A stretch of 64,000 bases of DNA from NCBI GenBank assembly GCA_039802605.1, contig JBDRWW010000004.1, positions 1-64,000 on the forward strand, given 5' to 3'. This DNA is from a candidate division WOR-3 bacterium (GTDB taxonomy: Bacteria > Hydrothermota > Hydrothermia > LBFQ01). Positions 49,250-58,833 of this stretch are shown one piece after another; the stretch's first letter is position 1; each line of letters opens with the position of its first letter. The position numbers and the translations under genes were made by a program. Under the pieces are notes generated by a model. It ran no database searches and was not told the origin of the DNA. It saw only the letters and a program-made list of their open reading frames with translations.

Positions 49250-50632
49250 CTATATTAAGTATAAAAGGGTTATAAGTATAAAAACCGGCATAAGTATAGG
49301 TATTGAATACTTGATTATATAAGTGAAAAAGTCGGGGGTTTTAAATCCCCATTCATCCGCTATCGCTTTTACCAAGAAGTTGGGGGCATTACCTATATAT
49401 GTATTTGCTCCCATAAACACCGCCCCTAAGGATACGGCCGCTAATAGCTTCTCGGGTATCCCTATGTGGGCAAGTTCGGGTGGTATGTGGTACACTCCGG
49501 GCATTTTTTCGGCCACGCCCTGAGCCAATGAGAAGAAGGTTAAATATGTGGGTGCATTATCAAGGAAGGCTGAAAGGGCACCGGTTGCCCAGAAGAATTG
49601 CCAGGGTTCCGTTATTCCCAGTTCGGGACCCTTTGCCCGTAGTATTTCAAGAGCGGGTACCATTGTTATAAATATCCCTATGAACAAAAAGGCTACTTCC
49701 TTTATGGGTTCAAAGGTGAAGTTGTTTTCCCTTCTCGTTTCGGATGATAGAGGTGATGTTATTAAAGATAGTATAGCAAATCCTATCATTACATATTCCC
49801 TTAAAAACTTTAAAGGCCCATGCATCAATCCCCATTCTTCAAGCCTTGAAGGTGTTAAGAATATGACCGCCGCCAAAACCCCAAAAAGCCACAAAAAGTT
49901 TATTTTCCCCTTTAACTTTAAGGGCCTATATGCAGCCGCTTCCATCTTTTCTATATATGCCTTCTCCCTCTTATAGGCCCAACTATCCCAAATATAAAAT
50001 ATCGTTAAAATTATCCCAAATGCGGTTATCCATTCAACTATTAACCTTAATGTCCAAAAGAAGGGAACACCCCTTAAATAACCCAAAAATAGGGGAGGGT
50101 CCCCTATTGGTAATAAACACCCCCCTATATTGCTAACTATGAATATGAAAAATATGGGGATATGTGCCGTTATAGCCCTTTCTGAGTTTGTTCTTAACAG
50201 AGGCCTTATTAATATCATACTCGCCCCGGCCGTCCCAAAAAAGTTTGCAATTACGCCTCCTATTGCGAGAAAAATAGTATTTACAATAGGTGTCCCCTTT
50301 AAATTCCCTTCAAGGTATATTCCCCCTGATATAACAAACAGGGCAAAGATAAGGGATATAAATGCGAAGTATTCCTCCAAACTGTGAATTAAAGGCCTCC
50401 ATTCGTTTATCTGCCAGAAGAAAAACAGAACGGGTATAGACCACAGGATGGCGAGTATTAGTTTATTATAGTTGTTTTCCCAAAAGTGCGCAACGCGGTT
50501 GTGGGGAAAGTTTGCGGATATAAAGGACATTATGCCTATGGTTAAGAGCAATCCTACAAAAGGTATTACCGTATATATAGGTAGATCCAATGCCTTGTGG
50601 GCCTCCTCGGCGGTTATTATTGCCCAGAACAT
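49250..50632 (-). CDS. Putative sodium:proton antiporter (IT superfamily)
   Basis: NIGGCLLPIGDPPLFLG, SAFLDNAPTY, FMGANTYIGNAPN; multi-TM. Confidence 0.8.
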   Translation of the reverse strand: MFWAIITAEEAHKALDLPIYTVIPFVGLLLTIGIMSFISANFPHNRVAHFWENNYNKLILAILWSIPVLFFFWQINEWRPLIHSLEEYFAFISLIFALFVISGGIYLEGNLKGTPIVNTIFLAIGGVIANFFGTAGASMILIRPLLRTNSERAITAHIPIFFIFIVSNIGGCLLPIGDPPLFLGYLRGVPFFWTLRLIVEWITAFGIILTIFYIWDSWAYKREKAYIEKMEAAAYRPLKLKGKINFLWLFGVLAAVIFLTPSRLEEWGLMHGPLKFLREYVMIGFAILSLITSPLSSETRRENNFTFEPIKEVAFLFIGIFITMVPALEILRAKGPELGITEPWQFFWATGALSAFLDNAPTYLTFFSLAQGVAEKMPGVYHIPPELAHIGIPEKLLAAVSLGAVFMGANTYIGNAPNFLVKAIADEWGFKTPDFFTYIIKYSIPILMPVFILITLLYLI

Positions 50633-50657
50633 AGCGGGTATTATAATATGGGGAAAT

Positions 50658-51662
50658 TTATTCCGTTAAATATTTAAGGATTTTAGAAGTATTCTCCTCC
50701 CATGTGGGGAATTTTTCGGAGGATTTTTTTGCATTTTCTCCCATATATGCCCTTAAAGATTCATCCTTAGCCAAAGTTATGCAAAACTCTCTGAATTCCT
50801 TTAAGTTAAAGTTCTCGGCGTAAAATCCGTTATGTCCATTTATTATAATCCTATCGGTTGAATGGGCTTTAAAAGATACGGTTGGTAATCCATAAAATAG
50901 ACTTTCAACCATCACGGCCGTCAAATTGCCGTATATATAAGGCATAATAACAAAATCAACGGCAGAATATACTATATTCATTTTGGTATGGGGTATTTGT
51001 TCTATTATAATAGAATTAATTTCTTTTAACCATCTTTCCTCGGGTTTCATTTTTCCATTTCCAACTATTATTAACCTATAAGGGTCATTTTTACGGTATA
51101 TTTTGGGTAAGAAATGTATTCCCTTAAACTTTGAAAACCGGCCGATAAAGGCACCTATAACATCATCTTTGGGTAATTTTAACAATTCTCTGGCTTCCGC
51201 CTTATCAATCTTTGGATATTGGGGTTTAGGGTTTAACAACATAACATAATTAACATTGTACATTTTTGCCAACTCTTCGCCTTTTGAACCGTCATCTATT
51301 ATTAAAAAAATATCGGCACCCCCTTTAAACGCTTCATCAAGTTTTCTATACCTGTAAAGGTGTATGGGGTAAAGTATTTTGTTTATCGTCCTTAAGGGAA
51401 ACCTTTCAAATATACCGTATATGCTGACAATGAACTTTTTGGGTTTTAACCTTTTAACCAATTCCTTGGCATAAGGGTAGGGTATTTCGGATTGGCACCA
51501 TATAGTTTTATATTTATCGTATTTTGGCCTTTCGTTTGGAGAAATTACCCCGTATTCAACCGATTTTTTTAACAAGGGTTTTAAATAAAAAACCTCTGGA
51601 TAGGAATAAACATCGTTTTTTAACCATTCTTCCTTCCAAGGGGTAATTATAAGTAAATCCAA
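50658..51662 (-). CDS. Glycosyltransferase family 4
   Basis: FIGRFSKFKG, VESLFYGLPTV, INGHNGF. Confidence 0.8.
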   Translation of the reverse strand: MDLLIITPWKEEWLKNDVYSYPEVFYLKPLLKKSVEYGVISPNERPKYDKYKTIWCQSEIPYPYAKELVKRLKPKKFIVSIYGIFERFPLRTINKILYPIHLYRYRKLDEAFKGGADIFLIIDDGSKGEELAKMYNVNYVMLLNPKPQYPKIDKAEARELLKLPKDDVIGAFIGRFSKFKGIHFLPKIYRKNDPYRLIIVGNGKMKPEERWLKEINSIIIEQIPHTKMNIVYSAVDFVIMPYIYGNLTAVMVESLFYGLPTVSFKAHSTDRIIINGHNGFYAENFNLKEFREFCITLAKDESLRAYMGENAKKSSEKFPTWEENTSKILKYLTE

Positions 51663-51736
51663 GGAAGTCGGTATTATAATGGATGTATTAAAATTGATTG
51701 GTTAACATAAGTACCATTATGTGCATACCCCCTTAA

Positions 51737-52441
51737 TCAGAAAACTATCCTTATCCTGCCAACAAAACCTTCCTTTACCTCTACCTCAACCACGCTCATC
51801 GCGCAGTTTATAACAACCGTTTCTTTAAACCTTATCCATCTACCCCCATAGTTGTGGGCGTGTCCGCACAATACAAGGGGAACCCAATGGGAATAAATTT
51901 CCAAAAACCCCCTTAAAGACTTTGAACCTATCTTTGTACCCCTTGGAATCTTATCCAAAATCCCATAAGGTGGTGCATGTGAAACTATTATCATCCTTTC
52001 CCCAACTTTTAAGGCATTCTCCAAAACTTCCCAATAATATCCCTCTTCCCTCCTCGTAATTCCCCCTATGGGATCGGTTGAACCCTCTAAACCAACAAAA
52101 TTATAAAAGCACCTAAACGATTTTCCGCTTATTCTTATTGCTCCCTTAGAATTTAGGTTAATCATAGGGTCGTCGTTTCCTTCAACATACAGAAAAGCCT
52201 TTTTGGGTATATTTACCAACTTACTTAAAATACCCTCTGATTTCCCATACTTCCTATAATGCCCGTTTATATATCCTTCAAGGGATTTGTCCATAACCGG
52301 ATAATCCCTTTCCGATATGAGGTTTAAAATCCCATCCCCTGCAAATATCAGAAAATCCGGAACATCACACTTTTTTAATACCTCAACCAAAAAATCACCC
52401 TTTAACTTCCCCTGCCAATCGGAAAAGCATAAAATTTTCAC
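51737..52441 (-). CDS. Calcineurin-like metallophosphoesterase
   Basis: SDWQG, AGD, GNDD, SHAPP, GHAH. Confidence 0.8.
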   Translation of the reverse strand: MKILCFSDWQGKLKGDFLVEVLKKCDVPDFLIFAGDGILNLISERDYPVMDKSLEGYINGHYRKYGKSEGILSKLVNIPKKAFLYVEGNDDPMINLNSKGAIRISGKSFRCFYNFVGLEGSTDPIGGITRREEGYYWEVLENALKVGERMIIVSHAPPYGILDKIPRGTKIGSKSLRGFLEIYSHWVPLVLCGHAHNYGGRWIRFKETVVINCAMSVVEVEVKEGFVGRIRIVF

Positions 52442-52681
52442 GGGTGGATATTATAAGTCTTGGATATAAGGGAAGACTAAACTATTAAAATAGAACAAAT
52501 GTACCCTGCTTGGGTTCCGCTTTACGCGAACAATATACCGTTTACGGGAACACCAACAATTGTGCAAGGCAGATTAATCTATTATAATAGATCAATCTTT
52601 GCTCTACTATAACCGAATAACACCCCATAACCAATGAAAGGCCATATTTCCAACACTGCGGATTTAGAATATCCGGAAATT

Positions 52682-53668
52682 ATGGACATAAAAAATGTAG
52701 CCTTTATAATGGCGGGGGGAAAGGGTGAAAGGCTTTGGCCGTTATCAACAGAGGAAAGACCTAAACAGCTTATACCCCTGTTAAACGGAAAAAGCCTCTT
52801 AGATTTGGCCGTAGAAAGGGTTGGGGATTTGGCGGAAGTGATAATTTTAACAAATAAAAAAATAGCGGATAAAATTAAGGGAAACTTTAAAACCTTTGTT
52901 GAATCCATACCCAAAAACACGGCCCCGGCTCTAATATACGCCACATATAAAGTACATAAAGAATACGGAAACACCCTTATAGCAGCCCTACCCTCGGATC
53001 ATTACATTGGAGATATTGAAAACTTCAGACAAACCCTTAAAAATGCTTACGAATACGCTTACAAAACCAAGCATATAATAACCTTTGGCATAAAACCTAC
53101 ATATCCGCATACGGGGTATGGATACATTGAGAGGGGGGAAAGGTTTGAAGGCAACATTTACAAAGTAAAAAAATTCCACGAGAAACCGGATAAGGAAAAG
53201 GCGGAAGAGTATATAAAGTCGGGTAATTTCTATTGGAATTCGGGAATGTTTGTTTGGGAAAGCGAAGCATTTCTCGAAATAGTTAAGGATGTGGCGCCGG
53301 AAATATACGGAATATTGGATTTGAACGAAGGGGAATTCTTTGAAAGATCTCCTGAAATATCCATAGACTATGCGGTTATGGAAAAAACCAACAGGATAAT
53401 GGTTATAGAGGCAAACTTTAAATGGCTTGATGTGGGTTCTTATAGGAGTTTATACGAGATCTTGCCCAAGGATGAAAGGGAAAACGCTTACAGGAATATT
53501 AAACCCTTTGTTATAAACTCCTCAAAGAATTTAAGCATAGCGGAAAAAGAGGTCGTTTTAATCGGTGTTGAGGGGGTTGCGGTGGTTGAGACGGAAAACA
53601 TAATAATGGTTTTAAAACTTGAAAAGGATCAGGATGTTAGAGAGGCGGCGAGGAGGTTCAAAAAATGA
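52682..53668 (+). CDS. manC: Mannose-1-phosphate guanylyltransferase
   Basis: IMAGGKGERLWPLS, PKQ, KNTAPA, PSDH, FHEKP, SIDYAVME, WLDVGS; start re-called at ATG 52682. Confidence 0.9.
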   Translation: MDIKNVAFIMAGGKGERLWPLSTEERPKQLIPLLNGKSLLDLAVERVGDLAEVIILTNKKIADKIKGNFKTFVESIPKNTAPALIYATYKVHKEYGNTLIAALPSDHYIGDIENFRQTLKNAYEYAYKTKHIITFGIKPTYPHTGYGYIERGERFEGNIYKVKKFHEKPDKEKAEEYIKSGNFYWNSGMFVWESEAFLEIVKDVAPEIYGILDLNEGEFFERSPEISIDYAVMEKTNRIMVIEANFKWLDVGSYRSLYEILPKDERENAYRNIKPFVINSSKNLSIAEKEVVLIGVEGVAVVETENIIMVLKLEKDQDVREAARRFKK

Positions 53669-54798
53669 AAATAGGAACTATATGCGTGCATGCGGGACTT
53701 GAACCGGATGAAACAACGGGTGCAATATCCCCCCCAATATATCAAACATCAACATATGTTCAGGATGAGCCCGGAAAACCCAAAAGGGGTAAATACGAGT
53801 ATAGTAGAACAATAAATCCCACAAGGGAAAGGCTTGAAGAGGCGATCGCCAAACTCGAAGGGGTAAAATACGGTTTGGCCTTCTCATCGGGTATGGCCGC
53901 AATTGATACGGTATTAAAAAACCTTGAAGTGGGCTCTACCGTTTTGTGCGAGGAGGATGCATACGGGGGAACAAAGAGGATATTGAACTATTATCAAAGA
54001 AGGGGTTATTTAAGGGTGTATTATTTGGATTTTAAGGATTACGAAAACTTGGCATTGGCGGTGGAAACCCTAAAACCGAATATAATATGGTTTGAAACAC
54101 CAACAAACCCATTAATGAAGGTAATAAACATAAAAAGGGTGGTTGATATAAGGGATGTAAAAAGTCCGAAGAGTTTAATAGTGGTTGATAATACATTTGC
54201 ATCGCCCATTATACAAAGGCCTGCGGATTACGGGGTTGATATAATAATACACAGCGGAACGAAGTATTTGGCGGGGCATAGCGATGTGGTCATAGGTTTG
54301 ATCGCAACGGATAAAGAAGAGATTTACAAAGAACTGAAATTTTTACAGAATGCGGCGGGTGCGGTTCCTGGCCCATTTGACTGCTTTTTAACCCTTAGGG
54401 GTATAAGGACATTACATTTAAGGGTTAAAGCCCATAGCGAAAACGCATACGAAGTTGCGCAATTTCTAAAAGGGCATCCTAAGGTTGAAAGGGTTTATTA
54501 TCCGGCATTTGATGAAGATGCAAAGGGTCAAATGGCGATGTTTGGGGGTATGCTATCGGTTAGGTTTAAAGATGAAGATACCGCTTTAAAGTTTGTAAAG
54601 GGTTTAAAACTGTTTTTCATTGCGGAAAGTCTTGGGGGTGTTGAAAGTTTGGTATCAATACCCGCCTTAATGACCCATGCCTCCCTACCCTACGAGGAAA
54701 GGATTAAAAGGGGCATAGATGAACGGCTTGTAAGGTTGTCGGTGGGGGTTGAGGATAAGGGGGATATTTTAGAGGATATTAAAAATGCTTTAACTTAA
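53665..54798 (+). CDS. Cystathionine gamma-synthase/lyase (PLP trans-sulfuration enzyme)
   Basis: YSRTINPTR, SSGMAAI, ETPTNP, DNTFASP, SGTKYLAGHSD, ESLGGVESL, RLSVGVE. Confidence 0.9.
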   Translation: MKIGTICVHAGLEPDETTGAISPPIYQTSTYVQDEPGKPKRGKYEYSRTINPTRERLEEAIAKLEGVKYGLAFSSGMAAIDTVLKNLEVGSTVLCEEDAYGGTKRILNYYQRRGYLRVYYLDFKDYENLALAVETLKPNIIWFETPTNPLMKVINIKRVVDIRDVKSPKSLIVVDNTFASPIIQRPADYGVDIIIHSGTKYLAGHSDVVIGLIATDKEEIYKELKFLQNAAGAVPGPFDCFLTLRGIRTLHLRVKAHSENAYEVAQFLKGHPKVERVYYPAFDEDAKGQMAMFGGMLSVRFKDEDTALKFVKGLKLFFIAESLGGVESLVSIPALMTHASLPYEERIKRGIDERLVRLSVGVEDKGDILEDIKNALT

Positions 54799-54981
54799 CA
54801 GCGGGGGTGTTCAAAGTAGTCGGTTTATTGCGTTGAAAGGGGCAGATGGATATATACCACGAGGCCGTTTTATCCTTCGCAAGTGAGTACATAAATAGGC
54901 TTGTTAATCATAATGCCTTTGAGCGGGGGCGATCAAAACACTTTACAAAATCAACTTATACGGCTTTATTATTCTTACCCT

Positions 54982-55086
54982 ATGAAAAGGGGGGATACGG
55001 TTAAAATGTTAAGGGGTTTGAATGAAGTTAAAAACGAGGAATTGGGCGACTTAAAGGAGGAGGTTAAGGATATGGTTTTAAAATAG
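54982..55086 (+). CDS. Possible 34-aa leader peptide of the island operon
   Basis: ATG 9 nt after TATTAT, the same geometry as host genes; stop is next to the SD of the 55098 gene. Confidence 0.35.
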   Translation: MKRGDTVKMLRGLNEVKNEELGDLKEEVKDMVLK

Positions 55087-55097
55087 GAGGTTGAGGT

Positions 55098-58000
55098 ATG
55101 AGGATAATAAGCGGTAAATCTTTAAGGAAGATATTAGCAAAAGGGCGCTCAGGCTATGATTTGGATTTTGTGGGTTATGAGCACAAAGGTAAATACGGCT
55201 TTTTCAACTTTATGCACGGTGAGAAAGATGATATAAGGAACTATTTAGAGAGTATATTAAAGACGGCTAACGATGATCAGGTTATAGATGAATTTATACA
55301 AAACGCCTTTGATGCTAATGCAACGAAGGTTTATATAATCCTCATTGAAGAAAAATACCTATTGGTTATAAACAACGGTAAAAAGTTTAAAATTCAAGAG
55401 ATAAAGAATATCCTAAACATAGGGCAGAGTGAGAAGTCAAAGGATTGTAGCAAGATAGGTAAGTTTGGGATAGGTTTTAAGTTGATTCATAGGCTTGTAG
55501 GCTCTGGGACGGGTATAAACGAAATTATGAATTACAAAGGGCCTATAATGTTCTCTTGGAATAACGGTGGTTTATGTAAAATCGTAGGAAAAACACCAGA
55601 GGATATTTTGAATTACATACAAGACTGTCCAGAGGATATATTGAATTACCTACAATACTGTAAAAACGAAAAAAAAATTGTGGATTACCAATTCCTTTTC
55701 AAGTTCATACTAACAGCATTCCCTACAACACCCGGCGAGATCGTGAAAGATTTAAAATATAAAGAGGATGAACTTTTTAAAAAAGATGAGTTTGAAACTT
55801 TCTTAAATGTTGTAAGGAAAGCTATAGGAAAACAACATATAAACTTTGAAGAGGGCAGTTTGTTTTTTGTCGAAGTTCCGAAAGAAAAGATGGAAATCTT
55901 GGAAAAAAACAAACAAAATATACAAGATGCCTTGGAGTATTCCCTTGCTATAATATCAAAACACTACTCTAAGAACAACTTGGAGGTTTTTCTTTTTGAT
56001 CAAAAAATAACACCACCAAAGAATGTTAAAGTTGTTGATATAAGTGGGAATGAAAAAACTGATGATAATTGTGATGAAAAGACATACCTAATATATCCCG
56101 TTGATGGTAATAAGCCGAACTTTTACCTATTTTTCCCGGTTAGAGATGAAAGGCATAAATGGAATATAGCATTGCATTCAAATCTGTTTAAAACCCAATC
56201 AAACAGGACAAAGTTAGATAATACTTGTTATCCAGAAATAGATTATGTTCTTGATAGGGTATTAAGGGTATTAAGAAATAACCAAAACAAAGACCTGCTA
56301 AAAGCGATAATACAAAGCAATATATGCGATGCAAATTGCCAAATATGTGAAAAGTTTAAAGTGTTTGTGAGTAAAGTTCTTAAGATATGGCCGACTTATG
56401 ATTGTGATCCGGATAATTTGACGCCATTAAATCAAACCGGAAAAAATCCTGCTATAAAGGACAGTGATGTAAATATCAAACCACCGGATGGTTATGTATG
56501 GCTTTGGGATGACAATGGTAATTTAAGGGCTAATTTGGAAGCATGGCTTAATAAAACCGGGGAAAAATATTATAAGATGCATATAGTTGATATATTGGAC
56601 AAACATTATAAACTGAGAATAAACGATATAACGCGAGTCCTATGCACAGAAAATTATGTAGATGAGATAAATAAAATACACAATGAGATGGTTCAATTGC
56701 TTAATACATCAAAAGTGCAATCCAAAGATATAATTAAAACTTTTGATAACTGGAACATTTTGGCTTTTCAAAATTCATCAAATCAAACAGATTTTTTGAA
56801 TATATCGGGTTATCATCAAAAAATTAACCAAGGATACATTGTTTTGAGCAAGGGACATCCCGAAACCCAAGAAATAAAAAAGTTAATGCAAGGTTTTTGG
56901 ATAGCCGAAATTCCGGAAGATATATTCTCAAAGTTAACAAAGTTAAAAAACAACATGAGGCATTTCATTGATTGGGTAAATTCTCAACAAAGATCTTGGG
57001 ATATTAGCTCAAAAAAGGAAATCCTTCAAATTTGTATAAATATTTCGGATCAAAAAATAAGTAGTGGGTATTGGGGTGGTTATACAAGCAATACAATTAG
57101 GGATTTAAAAATTTTTAAGAGTGCTAACGGGCAAACCAAACCCCTTAGAGAATTAATACAACATAGTGGAAAAAACTGGTTAAACGATTGGATAATGGAT
57201 AAAAATGAGTATATTCAAGTTCAGGGCTTGGTAGATCAATACCTTATGACCGATGAGGAGATTTATGATAATATATATGTAAATAAATTATCGGAATTTA
57301 TTCAAAACTCAAGTAATGCTAATGATATTTTAGACGATGCTTTTGCTTTATATCAAAAAATTACAAACAAACAACCTTGTCAGGGTTTCAGCAATAAGTA
57401 TTACCATAGGAAACTTAATAATAATGTTATTAGTGCCCTTAAAAAACTTGGCATAAATGTTATAGAAGACTATGTGTTTAATTGGATAAATGGGGATAAA
57501 CAAAAAGAAAATATGCTGGGGTTAAACCAATATCACCAGCAATTATCAAATTACTTGATTAACAATAACAATAACTTCACTCTTCAACAAAGTCAAATAA
57601 ACCAAAACGAGTTTCAAAACTTGATAGATTTCCTTTCGCAAACGGGAGATAGCAGCTTTTTCCAGCATTACATCTTTGAAGAGAATAATTATCAATATAC
57701 CCTAATCAAGAAGGGGAATAATGAACAGGTTTATTTGGGGGAAAATATAAACCCGCAATTAAAGAGTTTTCTCAAACAAAACCACATATATGTTATAGAA
57801 AATCAAAACATTAGTCAATATATTGGAAACATTGGAATAAAAAAGGGTAAAAAGGAAATTGTTGAAAAATTAAACATAACAGTTGATATTACATACAATA
57901 ACGGTAATATAACCGAAATTTATGTGAAGGGGAGTAATAATTCTCCCCTAAATTGGGAAAACAATCAAAACAACAATAAAGATGCCATAGCACAACTTTT

Positions 58001-58832
58001 GGAATGGATTATAATCAACTGGAATAAAAATTGGAAACAAAAAATAAATATAAACTCTCAAAATTTAACCAATTACTCAAGTAAGCAGTTTAAAAATAGA
58101 AAATGGGAAAATTTGGGCTTGGATATAAATCAAATAATAATTACCCAACAAAACTTCAATACTAATGACTTCTCTCAGGTTTTGGCGGGATTTATAGGAA
58201 ATAACAATTTACAGCAAGATATAAACAACAACTTCTTTGATCCTATTGAATTGGAAGATAATGAAATTTACAGTCAAATACGAAATCCAGACAACGACCA
58301 CCAAAAGGTTTTTGTTCTGTTGTATGAGTTGGAAAATAATAATGTATCACAATCCAAATTTACGAATAACCAAATTCAAAAATTAAACATAAATTCAAAT
58401 TCGGGGTTAGAAATAGACAAAATTAAAGAAGAAATTAGGGTTTTATCTAACGAAAGTAAAATTCCACCTATGATAATTGAACCGTTTTTAAAAGAAAGTA
58501 TTATTATCCACTACCCTGTAAATGGAGATAATGAAAAGAAAAAGCTTATGAAAAAACTCTACGAAGAATGGAAAAACATAAAACCTGGTAAAATAAACTT
58601 TGTTTGCAATTGGAAAAATAAAAGTTGCGAATGCGGATTTAATGATTTTGAGAAATACATATACCCTGACGATTTGGCAATTGAAACCGAGAAAATACCA
58701 GACTGGCTAAGGGTTAATAACAATAATAATGATTTTAAAGAGTTCTTAAAAGTTTTAGGGGTAAGGGTTAAGGATAAAAATGAGGATGATGAGGTTAAAT
58801 TAAGGAAGAAAATAAAGGAAAAGGAGGTGTAA
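55098..58832 (+). CDS. Sacsin-like (GHKL/HSP90-type) ATPase with a long Asn/Gln-rich C-terminal region
   Basis: DEFIQNAFDANA (N-box), NNGKKF, IGQSEK and IGKFGIGFK motifs; FYLFFP...ALHSNLF transducer-like region; SD AGGAGG. Confidence 0.8.
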   Translation: MRIISGKSLRKILAKGRSGYDLDFVGYEHKGKYGFFNFMHGEKDDIRNYLESILKTANDDQVIDEFIQNAFDANATKVYIILIEEKYLLVINNGKKFKIQEIKNILNIGQSEKSKDCSKIGKFGIGFKLIHRLVGSGTGINEIMNYKGPIMFSWNNGGLCKIVGKTPEDILNYIQDCPEDILNYLQYCKNEKKIVDYQFLFKFILTAFPTTPGEIVKDLKYKEDELFKKDEFETFLNVVRKAIGKQHINFEEGSLFFVEVPKEKMEILEKNKQNIQDALEYSLAIISKHYSKNNLEVFLFDQKITPPKNVKVVDISGNEKTDDNCDEKTYLIYPVDGNKPNFYLFFPVRDERHKWNIALHSNLFKTQSNRTKLDNTCYPEIDYVLDRVLRVLRNNQNKDLLKAIIQSNICDANCQICEKFKVFVSKVLKIWPTYDCDPDNLTPLNQTGKNPAIKDSDVNIKPPDGYVWLWDDNGNLRANLEAWLNKTGEKYYKMHIVDILDKHYKLRINDITRVLCTENYVDEINKIHNEMVQLLNTSKVQSKDIIKTFDNWNILAFQNSSNQTDFLNISGYHQKINQGYIVLSKGHPETQEIKKLMQGFWIAEIPEDIFSKLTKLKNNMRHFIDWVNSQQRSWDISSKKEILQICINISDQKISSGYWGGYTSNTIRDLKIFKSANGQTKPLRELIQHSGKNWLNDWIMDKNEYIQVQGLVDQYLMTDEEIYDNIYVNKLSEFIQNSSNANDILDDAFALYQKITNKQPCQGFSNKYYHRKLNNNVISALKKLGINVIEDYVFNWINGDKQKENMLGLNQYHQQLSNYLINNNNNFTLQQSQINQNEFQNLIDFLSQTGDSSFFQHYIFEENNYQYTLIKKGNNEQVYLGENINPQLKSFLKQNHIYVIENQNISQYIGNIGIKKGKKEIVEKLNITVDITYNNGNITEIYVKGSNNSPLNWENNQNNNKDAIAQLLEWIIINWNKNWKQKININSQNLTNYSSKQFKNRKWENLGLDINQIIITQQNFNTNDFSQVLAGFIGNNNLQQDINNNFFDPIELEDNEIYSQIRNPDNDHQKVFVLLYELENNNVSQSKFTNNQIQKLNINSNSGLEIDKIKEEIRVLSNESKIPPMIIEPFLKESIIIHYPVNGDNEKKKLMKKLYEEWKNIKPGKINFVCNWKNKSCECGFNDFEKYIYPDDLAIETEKIPDWLRVNNNNNDFKEFLKVLGVRVKDKNEDDEVKLRKKIKEKEV
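55596..55661 (+). repeat. 33-bp imperfect in-frame tandem duplication (2 copies)
   Basis: ccagaggatattttgaattacatacaagactgt / ccagaggatatattgaattacctacaatactgt, encoding PEDILNYIQDC / PEDILNYLQYC. Confidence 0.85.
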
Positions 58833-58833
58833 T

